DNA of 64,000 nucleotides from an uncultured Gammaproteobacteria bacterium (GTDB lineage: Bacteria > Patescibacteriota > Patescibacteriia > UBA1558 > 2-01-FULL-52-15), in contig CAYOCJ010000002.1 of assembly GCA_964402565.1 (NCBI GenBank), positions 170,982 to 234,981 on the forward strand, given 5' to 3'. A program made the position numbers and the translations under genes. Positions 1 through 8,057 of this stretch are shown here, in pieces. Positions within the stretch are counted from its first letter, which is position 1, and each line of letters opens with the position of its first letter. The notes beneath the pieces were generated by a model, which was not told where the DNA came from, ran no database searches, and worked only from the letters and a program-made list of their open reading frames with translations.

Positions 1-342
1 CCACGGCTTGCCGGGGATGCCTCCCATCGCAAGCATGGTTACGCCATTGTCGCCAGGAATGAATTGGCGCTTCTGATGTGCTGGTGCATGCACGAAAGTT
101 CCGGGGTTTAATTCATAGCTCTGTCCGTCTGCTTTCAACGTCACGCTGCCTTCGATGATATAGTACACCTCTTCCTGTCCGTCGGTGCTATGGTCGTGGT
201 CAGGATAGTCTTTCCAGTGCGGCGGCAGTTTTAACAGGTTCATGCCCCATGCTGTGAGGCCCAAGCCCTTTCCTGCATAGTTAAATTGGCCTCCATTTGC
301 ATAGCTTTCGAAATCTTCCGCACGTTTGATAGTAATGCTCAT
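1..342 (-). CDS. Cupin domain protein (runs off window start)
   Basis: Manual translation from ATG at 342: MSITIKRAEDFESY...PDHDHSTDGQEEVYYIIEGSVTLKADGQSYELNPGTFVHAP, matching the cupin HxH...EExYxxxG motif. Confidence 0.8.
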   Translation of the reverse strand, partial: MSITIKRAEDFESYANGGQFNYAGKGLGLTAWGMNLLKLPPHWKDYPDHDHSTDGQEEVYYIIEGSVTLKADGQSYELNPGTFVHAPAHQKRQFIPGDNGVTMLAMGGIPGKPW

Positions 343-405
343 GATATATGTTAAGAAGTTAGGTCTGTAGTATAACTGAAAAATACTGATTTACAAAATA
401 TTGCA

Positions 406-1938
406 TTATTCATATTCGATAGTTGCCGGCGGCTTCTGCGTAATGTCATACAGTACGCGATTAACGCCTGCAACTGACCCAACAATAGCGCTTGAGATCT
501 TTTCTAAAGTCGCGGGAGGTATTTTGTACCAATCCGCGCTCATGCCATCCACGGAGGTAACAGCGCGCAGACTAATAATGTACTCATAGGTTCTCGCGTC
601 TCCCATAACACCGACTACTTTCAAGGGAAGTAATGCTGCAAATGCTTGCCATATCTTCTGGTAATCGCCGGATCGTTCTAGTTCTTCTATAAAAATTGCA
701 TCAGCGTCTCTCAGGATCCGTAACCGCTCCTGAGTAATGTCTCCAACTATCCGCACCGCAAGCCCGGGGCCGGGGAATGGATGCCGCCGGAGCAATGTTT
801 GCGGTATGCTCAATGCTTTTCCAAGACTTCTCACTTCGTCTTTATATAGATCGCGCAATGGTTCCAGAATTTTGAGATTCAGGCGCTCCGGGAGCGTTAG
901 ATTATGGTGGCTCTTGATCTTTGCGGCTACATCAGAGGTTGCGGCTGATTCAATTCGATCAAGATAGATAGTGCCTTGCGCGAGAAATGAGATAGGGTAC
1001 TTTTTTAGGTTTTTTTTGACTGCGTTTTGAAAAATATCGATAAAGCTATGCCCGATGATGGTACGTTTCTTTTCAGGGTCATGAATGCCCTTCAGTCTTT
1101 GCAGGAACGTTTTTTTTGCATCAACCACTACCAAAGTGCTAAAGCCGTTGTTGCGCAAGAATGATGATACATTCATCACTTCATTTTTTCTGAGAAGGCC
1201 GGTATCTACAAAGACCGGATGTAATTGTTTGCCGATCGCCTGATGGAGAAGTTTTGCTGCTACCAGGGAGTCAACGCCGCCGGAAATGCCAACGAGAACA
1301 TGTTCTGAACCGACTGTTGTCCGTATCTCAGTGATGAGTTTTTTACGAACGTCTGATATATTCCAATCTTTTTTTGCTTTGCAGATCGAAAAGAGAAAGT
1401 TACGAAGCATCGTAATGCCATGCTCGGTATGCGTCACCTCAGGATGAAATTGTATGGCATACAATGCTTTTTTTTGAGAGAAAAACGCAGCATGTTTACA
1501 GCTCTGCGTTGAGGCGATGCTGGTGAATTCGGACTGCAAATGCTGCACCTGATCGCCATGCGAGAACCAGACGATTTCAGTAGATTTGAGTGATTTAAAA
1601 AGATCGGTTTTTTTCTTGATCTTCAGCAGTTCTTTGCCGAATTCTTTTCGCGCTCCTGTACGGACTATTCCGCCGAGCATATGCGCCATCAGCTGATGGC
1701 CATAGCAAATGCCAAGTATGGGTATCCCCAGTTTAAAAATATTCTTGTCTGGTTTCGGACTTTTCTTCTCAAGAACCGATGCAGGACCTCCCGAGAGGAT
1801 GATCCCTGATGGCTGCAATGCCTGCAAGGTGCTGGCCGGCGTATTAAAAGGAAAAATCTCGGCTTTCACACCGAGATCTCGTACACGTCGCGCTAAGAGA
1901 TGTGCAAACTGGCTTCCAAAATTTAATATCACAACCAT
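406..1938 (-). CDS. guaA: GMP synthase (glutamine-hydrolysing)
   Basis: GATase motifs SGGP, GICYGHQ and QFHPEV; PP-loop SGGVDS; IKSHHN; HPFPGPGL; C-terminal KPPATIEYE. Start set at MVVILNFGSQ. Confidence 0.97.
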   Translation of the reverse strand: MVVILNFGSQFAHLLARRVRDLGVKAEIFPFNTPASTLQALQPSGIILSGGPASVLEKKSPKPDKNIFKLGIPILGICYGHQLMAHMLGGIVRTGARKEFGKELLKIKKKTDLFKSLKSTEIVWFSHGDQVQHLQSEFTSIASTQSCKHAAFFSQKKALYAIQFHPEVTHTEHGITMLRNFLFSICKAKKDWNISDVRKKLITEIRTTVGSEHVLVGISGGVDSLVAAKLLHQAIGKQLHPVFVDTGLLRKNEVMNVSSFLRNNGFSTLVVVDAKKTFLQRLKGIHDPEKKRTIIGHSFIDIFQNAVKKNLKKYPISFLAQGTIYLDRIESAATSDVAAKIKSHHNLTLPERLNLKILEPLRDLYKDEVRSLGKALSIPQTLLRRHPFPGPGLAVRIVGDITQERLRILRDADAIFIEELERSGDYQKIWQAFAALLPLKVVGVMGDARTYEYIISLRAVTSVDGMSADWYKIPPATLEKISSAIVGSVAGVNRVLYDITQKPPATIEYE

Positions 1939-1989
1939 AATGAATACTAGCACAGCACTCGCACACAGCACAAGTCTGATATTGTCGAT

Positions 1990-2577
1990 TTACTTTTTTG
2001 CGTCAGCCATCATGCGTCTCCGCATTGCATCGCCCAATAGATCAAAAATACAGCTGATACTGAGGATGGCGATCGTGCCGCAAGCAAGCGTCACTCCAAG
2101 GTTGCTGACACGGGATTCAATTTCCCGCATATTTCTGCCTGCTACGGCGAAGTAATCGGGTTTGCCTGGGACATAGCGGATGACCAGAGCAATGCGCGTT
2201 CCTGCATGTGGCTGCCAGGTCACTCGGTATTCACCAATGCTTCGGGCATGATCAAAAACGCCGACAGGAGGCTTCGGTTCATTGCCATCGATCATTCCTG
2301 TCGATGCTATCGGACTTCCATGCTCGTCAAAGACTGCGATGAACGTGGTAAGGCTTTTTTGGATGTCGAATGTATGATCTGCGGGGACTAGGTCTTTCGG
2401 CTGCAATCCATTCGAAAGCGCTTGTCCAAGGTCTTGTGTTATTTGAATTTGAGGATCATTTAACGACTGGCGGTACTGTTGCTGCGCGACTACATAGATA
2501 AGACTGCTCAAGCCGATAATAGTTATGGCGAGCGGAAGCCAATGACTGAGAATACCTTGCATGTGTTTCATATGCAT
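1990..2577 (-). CDS. Hypothetical two-TM membrane protein with extracytoplasmic sensor-like domain
   Basis: N- and C-terminal hydrophobic helices flanking a soluble domain; no kinase domain. Confidence 0.6.
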   Translation of the reverse strand: MHMKHMQGILSHWLPLAITIIGLSSLIYVVAQQQYRQSLNDPQIQITQDLGQALSNGLQPKDLVPADHTFDIQKSLTTFIAVFDEHGSPIASTGMIDGNEPKPPVGVFDHARSIGEYRVTWQPHAGTRIALVIRYVPGKPDYFAVAGRNMREIESRVSNLGVTLACGTIAILSISCIFDLLGDAMRRRMMADAKK

Positions 2578-2619
2578 TGAGTATAGCAAAGTGAATTAGA
2601 AACAGATAGCTTTAACTAA

Positions 2620-2645
2620 AAGCGCGCCACAATTGTGGCGCGCTT
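2620..2645. terminator. Perfect 26-bp palindrome, likely terminator
   Basis: aagcgcgccacaattgtggcgcgctt just downstream of the 2664-3095 gene. Confidence 0.55.
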
Positions 2646-2663
2646 GAAGCACGGAACGTGAGA

Positions 2664-3095
2664 TTAAGGCTTCACCAGGACACCGACATACGCAGGTCCG
2701 TAACTGGTCGAGATTGGTTTCGTGTAGATCATGTCACCTGACGAGTCGGTCGCCGTGAATGCAAGGTTTGGCGCGATACCATCATTTGGCAAGGTAGCTA
2801 CGATAGCGCCATTCAAGTTCCAAATCATATTATGCCAAGACGAGTATAGTTTCGAAGTATAGCCGCCGCCTCGGCCGGATGATCCGCAGCGCGTCCATGC
2901 GTATGCTTTGCCGGTAATATTGCCTGCACTGTCGAAGCCGGTAACATAGGTTGACGTATGAATCCCGCCGCAGCTAATGCCGAGTAAACCGCCTCCTGCG
3001 GGAAGGTTAATGGTTGTCGAAGCGAATGTAGGCTGAGCGAAGATCAATGGCAGAAGTGCTGTCATTGCGAAGAGGATGAATAACTTTTTTCTCAT
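2664..3095 (-). CDS. Secreted hypothetical protein
   Basis: Signal peptide MRKKLFILFAMTALLPLIFAQPTFA followed by a Gly/Thr-rich beta-type domain. Confidence 0.7.
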   Translation of the reverse strand: MRKKLFILFAMTALLPLIFAQPTFASTTINLPAGGGLLGISCGGIHTSTYVTGFDSAGNITGKAYAWTRCGSSGRGGGYTSKLYSSWHNMIWNLNGAIVATLPNDGIAPNLAFTATDSSGDMIYTKPISTSYGPAYVGVLVKP

Positions 3096-3232
3096 AAGGA
3101 TAGTATGTAAATAATTAAGGTTTTTATATCTTCGGCCTTTATTTTTTGATAGTAGGCAATAGACATCAAGATGTCAAGAATAGAATCATGAATTAAAAAA
3201 CGCCTCCGAGTGAGGCGTTGATTCTGCAGCCG

Positions 3233-3781
3233 TTAGCACTTGCAAGGGCCCCATGTGTGCAGATTATGTTTTTCGCAAGCACATCCCTGATGGCTCCGCC
3301 AAAATGATGGGCACCCTGCATGTGGTGCGCGTTTTTCGCCGAGGAATTCGTCTTCAGTAGGGAGGCGGAAATCAGCAACAATCTTTTCCGGTAAAATAGC
3401 ATACAGTACGCGATCATCATCGATGGTCCGTTCCCGCTCATCGATATCGCGGTGTATTTTGATAGCCTTTTCAATGCGCGCTTCTTCTTTTTTGAGCGCT
3501 TCATCATTCATTGATTTCAAATCATCATCCCAATGCGCCGGATCAGTGATAGCATCAGCATGCTGCGGTTCAGGCAATGCGCTTTTACGGTAAATCCAGA
3601 AGGACCTGCAACAGCGCATGGCTTCCTCGAATGACGGAGGCTTCTGCGGCTCGGGTTTTGAGCCTTCAAGCACTGACCAGACAGACCAGTCGTCTACCCA
3701 GCAGCGGTCATCGCCCACCTGATCGCGGTGATTGCGAATGGCCGTTCGATATTTTTTTATGGTGTCTAGCGTCATGCTCAT
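3233..3781 (-). CDS. Hypothetical protein with duplicated HRD...DD module and Cys/His-rich tail
   Basis: ATGA overlap with the upstream gene at 3778-3781; internal repeat AIRNHRDQVGDDRCWVDD / AIKIHRDIDERERTIDDD. Confidence 0.7.
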   Translation of the reverse strand: MSMTLDTIKKYRTAIRNHRDQVGDDRCWVDDWSVWSVLEGSKPEPQKPPSFEEAMRCCRSFWIYRKSALPEPQHADAITDPAHWDDDLKSMNDEALKKEEARIEKAIKIHRDIDERERTIDDDRVLYAILPEKIVADFRLPTEDEFLGEKRAPHAGCPSFWRSHQGCACEKHNLHTWGPCKC

Positions 3782-4005
3782 TTCTTTTTTTTCGGATCTG
3801 AGACCCATCCTTTATCTTTAAACACCGCCCAGATAGCCATGCTGTGACCATGTCCAAGTCCAAATTCTTTTGCCAAGAATTTCACTAAGCCGCCGGCCTT
3901 CATATCAGGGGAATAGACGCCGGCTTTCTTCGCGGCAGCTTTGAGCTGAGCAGGCGTTTTGCCAGTTTTAGCTTGAATGTTGTCGATATAGGCTTGAAAG
4001 GACAT
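3778..4005 (-). CDS. DUF4287-like small protein
   Basis: MSFQAYIDNIQAKTGKT...LAKEFGLGHGHSMAIW resembles the DUF4287 pattern; start at ATG 4005. Confidence 0.8.
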   Translation of the reverse strand: MSFQAYIDNIQAKTGKTPAQLKAAAKKAGVYSPDMKAGGLVKFLAKEFGLGHGHSMAIWAVFKDKGWVSDPKKKK

Positions 4006-4007
4006 GG

Positions 4008-4298
4008 CTATAATTTGAAATAGTACACCGGGGAGCATCCTATCAGAACAGCAGCGATCTGAATGCTCAAAATGATAGCTCCCTGTTTTGGATTTTTTGG
4101 TAAGGACGCCATGGCGAAATAAACCACCATGAAGAATTCCAGGACAAGCCATATCTGAAACAAATGTGCGGCAGTTCCTTCATCAGGTTGGCGGACTGGT
4201 GCGCCGTGCAGAGCAAAACCAAAAAGCATCATGACTATCACCATGAGAGATAGGGCGGCAGGAAGCCAGGCGTCTGGATTTTTATAGAGATTAGGCAT
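4008..4298 (-). CDS. Small membrane protein
   Basis: Three hydrophobic segments with DEGTAAHLFQIW; tightly packed with neighbours. Confidence 0.7.
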   Translation of the reverse strand: MPNLYKNPDAWLPAALSLMVIVMMLFGFALHGAPVRQPDEGTAAHLFQIWLVLEFFMVVYFAMASLPKNPKQGAIILSIQIAAVLIGCSPVYYFKL

Positions 4299-4707
4299 GA
4301 GAAGTGGAGCTCGATTTTTGCTTCGAATGAGATTCGTAAAATTTCCACCCAGCCCATGCCATGAATGGCACTAAGACTGCTAAAGCCCAGGGGTACCACT
4401 GTGGCCCAAGATTCAAATTCGCTGTTCCTATAGCTGCCCCGACGCTTCCAAGCGTTCCGATGATTGCCAGAACCAGCACATGCTTTGCAGGATGATGAGG
4501 TGCCAGTTTTGCGGTTATAAAAAATCCAAGAGCATTGAAAATACTGCGGTAGATAATGACGATCCAGACCAACCATGCAGCAACGTACAGATTTGTTTTT
4601 GGCAAAACACCAGCTGCTTCCAATGCGAAGTCAGTGATATGAGAGAGAAGCGCTCCGACGAGGATGCCTGCGATAATAGCCCAGATGCTTTTTAAGACTG
4701 ATCTCAT
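4291..4707 (-). CDS. Four-TM membrane protein
   Basis: Hydrophobic helices and GPQWYP motif; operonic spacing. Confidence 0.7.
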   Translation of the reverse strand: MRSVLKSIWAIIAGILVGALLSHITDFALEAAGVLPKTNLYVAAWLVWIVIIYRSIFNALGFFITAKLAPHHPAKHVLVLAIIGTLGSVGAAIGTANLNLGPQWYPWALAVLVPFMAWAGWKFYESHSKQKSSSTSHA

Positions 4708-4715
4708 ATGTATGA

Positions 4716-5960
4716 TTATTTTAACACAGATAGTAATACTTTAAGTGCTGTTTTTTCAGTATCGATACCGGGGTGAACTGCTCGCAGCTCACGCAGCACA
4801 GTATCGATTTTGCCGTCTATGCGAGTCCACGCCGCCGGATCTTTTGGTTTCAATCGCGCTTCAGAAGTATCCCATTCGTATTCTAAATCACTGATGCGAG
4901 CTGTCGCTCCGGATTGGTTTCCTAGATTGAGGAGATCGAGAGTATCCTGTGTAATTGTTGTAAATGAGGAAAGATCACCCAGTGGCGACGATAGCGCAGG
5001 AGTTGAAGTGGCTGTAGCAGCAACAGGCTGTGCAGTCGTTTCATCGCCTTGTAAGTCCGACTGGCGCATATGGTATCCGATAAGCCCCGCGAGCACCAGT
5101 ACCGTAACCACGATCGCGGTTTGCAATAAGCCGCTTCTGCTTTGATCTGCAACGATTTCTTCAGCAACCTCTTCCTTTGTTTCTTTTTCAATACGATCTT
5201 TCTTTGATAGAGAGAGGTAGGCAACTATTCCCAGAATACCCCCGACGAAAATAAAGCTCGTGATAGTTGCGCCAAGACCTAATCCGCCATATTTCGGCGG
5301 CTGAGAAAGGTAATCTCCTATCGATGCCCCGAGCGGTCTGGTCAAAATATAGATCATCCAGAAAGAGAGGACATGGTTCATTTTCAGCTTCCAGCCGATC
5401 GCGAAAGCGGCGATGAGACCGGCGATGATGAAGCCAGTCGTTGCGTAGCCAAGACCAAGCCCTTCAGCCATAAGGTCCCCTGCAGCAGTACCGAGCGCAA
5501 AAGTAAACAGAATGGTGAGCCAGTAAAATGCTTCGCGCCTTGATGTAACAATCGAGTGTATCGAGAGTGTTTTTTCAAAGTAGTACCAAATAAGGAACGT
5601 TGCTGCCAAAAGAATACTGAAAACAATGGTGCTCGTTTCAAGCGGCACGCCGATCTTGTCGGTCAGGTTATCGGTGACCAGCGTTCCGAAGACGCTGATG
5701 AACATGACAGAAAGCCAATACGTGACTGGAATATACCTTTTTGCCTTAAACTGAAACAACAAAGCTAATGCGAGCGCTACCCCGGTAACAATGGATGTAC
5801 CGGTAAGTCCGAAATTTAGATTGACATTTAAGTAATCGGCTGCCGTTTCCCCGACGGTCGTGCACATAACCTTGATGAACCAGAACCAGAGGGTGATCTC
5901 TGGGACTTTGTTGAGCATGTGGCGTAACTTTGTATCGGAAGATTGAACTGGGGAGGACAT
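4716..5960 (-). CDS. COG4705/DUF347-type membrane-anchored protein
   Basis: NKVPEITLWFWFIKVMCTTVGETAAD, EAFYWLTILFTFALGTAAGD and ILTRPLGASIGD repeats; C-terminal helical extracellular domain. Confidence 0.85.
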   Translation of the reverse strand: MSSPVQSSDTKLRHMLNKVPEITLWFWFIKVMCTTVGETAADYLNVNLNFGLTGTSIVTGVALALALLFQFKAKRYIPVTYWLSVMFISVFGTLVTDNLTDKIGVPLETSTIVFSILLAATFLIWYYFEKTLSIHSIVTSRREAFYWLTILFTFALGTAAGDLMAEGLGLGYATTGFIIAGLIAAFAIGWKLKMNHVLSFWMIYILTRPLGASIGDYLSQPPKYGGLGLGATITSFIFVGGILGIVAYLSLSKKDRIEKETKEEVAEEIVADQSRSGLLQTAIVVTVLVLAGLIGYHMRQSDLQGDETTAQPVAATATSTPALSSPLGDLSSFTTITQDTLDLLNLGNQSGATARISDLEYEWDTSEARLKPKDPAAWTRIDGKIDTVLRELRAVHPGIDTEKTALKVLLSVLK

Positions 5961-6030
5961 ATAATCTAGCATAGAACAAAAAAATGATTTGCACAAAGAA
6001 TCATTTTTTCAGTCATCGGCCGAATTATTC

Positions 6031-6166
6031 TGGCGGAGACGGGAGGATTTTCGCCTCGCGGCGTACTCGCCGCTTCGTTGCCAGGGGCAGCGCCTAAAGC
6101 TTCATATCCTTCGCTTCAGCCGGCGCTCTCCGCCCAGGGCGGATCGCTGCTGCCCGTTCGAATCCT
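6031..6166 (-). repeat. tRNA-Ser-linked hairpin element containing a duplicate of the tRNA 3' end
   Basis: 6031-6049 tggcggagacgggaggatt is identical to 10099-10117; 6156-6166 gttcgaatcct is an inverted T-arm copy. Confidence 0.85.
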
Positions 6167-6176
6167 TTATCTGATT

Positions 6177-6437
6177 ATTGCTTTCCGTACTCATCTTCGA
6201 TGAGTCCAGAAAACAATGGCGGTCCTTTTTGGACGAAGTTCGAACGTTTTTTAATGAAAATCCCGATGCTGAATTCTGATGCGCGCCGCCTGTGGCGGCG
6301 CGGGGTCAAATTTGCCCATCCAAAACTCACTCTAGCAAAAAGAGATACACAAGGCTAGCGCCCAGCCGTCAGGCCTGACGGCTGGGCGGGAAGGAAAAAA
6401 TGCGCGGCGACAGGGGTTCAAGGGGATGTCGCCGCGC
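6177..6437. repeat. Left 261-bp inverted repeat
   Basis: Reverse complement of 9839-10099; contains several palindromes including a perfect 30-mer at 6359-6388. Confidence 0.95.
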
Positions 6438-6471
6438 GTCCAGTACAAGATGATAAAGGTTTCACTATCTG

Positions 6472-7482
6472 TCAACGGTCTGGATAGGGTGCATTCTTTT
6501 GACTTTTCGCTTTCTCAGCAATCCCTGAAAAGAGATGACTGATTTTTGCTGCAGTCAGGATAAAAATGAGTAGATTAATAGCTATGAGTGCTACGCTAAT
6601 TATAGCAAGTGCATCCACAGCTACGGATCTCGATATAATGAGTAGATAATGAACGAGGGGTGCGGTAGGGTCTTCGCGCAGTTCTTCAGAAAATAGACGA
6701 AGTACAAAATTGTATGGGCCATAGTGTATAGCTGCAAGAATGGCGGCTCCAAGTGCTACCCAGAATAAACTTTGCAATGAGATAATTGCTTGGAGACGTG
6801 TATTTTTTGTCGATTTCGGGACATTGACGACTTGTAATTTGAGCTGTGCGATCGTTAGATCAGCGACCATGCCTATGCGTTGCCGTAGACCATGGATAAG
6901 GCCGTATTTTTTTTCTTTTATAACCTGCGATAGGCCTTTAATGATAGTGTATCGATAGCCTTTACCATAGTACTGTGCATAAAAATTAAGACCTGCTTCA
7001 ATACGGAAACCACGTTTGTAATACGGCGGGAGCATCTGCCAAAGTTTTTTAGTAATGGCGCGCTCACCACCAAGGAGTGGCACAAATACCATGATATTGT
7101 GTAAGGCATAGATTTTTCTATTACGCATTGCTATGAACATATCAACGGTACCATCCAGAACCGGCTCTACTAGTGTAGTTACCATTGTGTGTGTGAGCCC
7201 AGATATATCAGCATCAATAAAAAGTATGATATCAGTTCGTGCGAGGCTGACGGCTATGTCCATAGCATGACCCTTGCCTTGATTTGTAGAGAGTCTGATA
7301 TATCGCACGGAATATTTTTGTGTAATTTCCTCAGTTCTATCAGTCGATCCGTCATCAACAACAATAACCTCATAAAAACCTGGGTAGGTCGTCAGCACAC
7401 TAAGAACAGCGCCTATGCGTTGCGCCTCATTGTATGCAGGAACAATGGCGGTTACTTTTTTTCCAGTTTCTTCTCCAACCAT
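6472..7482 (-). CDS. Glycosyltransferase family 2 with C-terminal TM helices
   Basis: IVPAYNE, VVDDGSTD, NQGKG and FIDAD motifs. Confidence 0.9.
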   Translation of the reverse strand: MVGEETGKKVTAIVPAYNEAQRIGAVLSVLTTYPGFYEVIVVDDGSTDRTEEITQKYSVRYIRLSTNQGKGHAMDIAVSLARTDIILFIDADISGLTHTMVTTLVEPVLDGTVDMFIAMRNRKIYALHNIMVFVPLLGGERAITKKLWQMLPPYYKRGFRIEAGLNFYAQYYGKGYRYTIIKGLSQVIKEKKYGLIHGLRQRIGMVADLTIAQLKLQVVNVPKSTKNTRLQAIISLQSLFWVALGAAILAAIHYGPYNFVLRLFSEELREDPTAPLVHYLLIISRSVAVDALAIISVALIAINLLIFILTAAKISHLFSGIAEKAKSQKNAPYPDR

Positions 7483-8030
7483 AGGGTGACGGATTTAAAT
7501 AAAATAACAATAGCTACAACGACTACTAAGGTATACTCGGTCTTGTGCAGGACAGGAAACAAGTTTTTTGTACTACTCCCTGCGAGCCAGCCGATGGTAA
7601 GCATGACATGCAGCCATATCATCGTGCCTAGTGTGTCAAAAATAACGAAGGTCCAGAAGCCTATTTTCCTGACGGAAAGGTATAGAATGGTCAGAATTCT
7701 GGTACCGTACAGAAATTTGATAAACAATAAGACCAAAAATGGTTTGTGGCCTGTTATCGTCTCAAACCGCTTCAGAAGCGCTTGGTATTTAATTTGTTTT
7801 TCATCCCACGAATGTATGCGCTTAAATAACGTCTGGCCGAATAAAAACCATAGGCTGTCTGAAATCACCGTGCCTGCAAGCGCGAGCCAGAATACTGCGG
7901 AGATGGACCAGATCCCTTGACCTGCGAGAAAAGCGGCTGTGATAATTACAGTCTCACCGAAAAAGAAGGCCCCAATGAAAATAGCCGGCAGCTGGTATGT
8001 GAGTAGCAGTGATGTAATGAGGGGATGTAT
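7452..8030 (-). CDS. DedA/VTT family membrane protein (start probably non-canonical ATA at 8030)
   Basis: Frame is open upstream of the track ORF: IHPLITSLLLTYQLPAIFIGAFFFGETVIITAAFLAGQG...GTVISDSLWFLFG...KFLYGTR; DedA-like pattern. Confidence 0.8.
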   Translation of the reverse strand: MHPLITSLLLTYQLPAIFIGAFFFGETVIITAAFLAGQGIWSISAVFWLALAGTVISDSLWFLFGQTLFKRIHSWDEKQIKYQALLKRFETITGHKPFLVLLFIKFLYGTRILTILYLSVRKIGFWTFVIFDTLGTMIWLHVMLTIGWLAGSSTKNLFPVLHKTEYTLVVVVAIVILFKSVTLWLEKKLEKK

Positions 8031-8057
8031 AGATTTATATATTTGATGATTTAGAAA

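Noticed and set aside
6031-6166. Intron-containing or split tRNA
   Set aside because: Only the 3' 19 nt and an inverted T-arm are present; there is no D-arm, anticodon arm or 5' acceptor strand.
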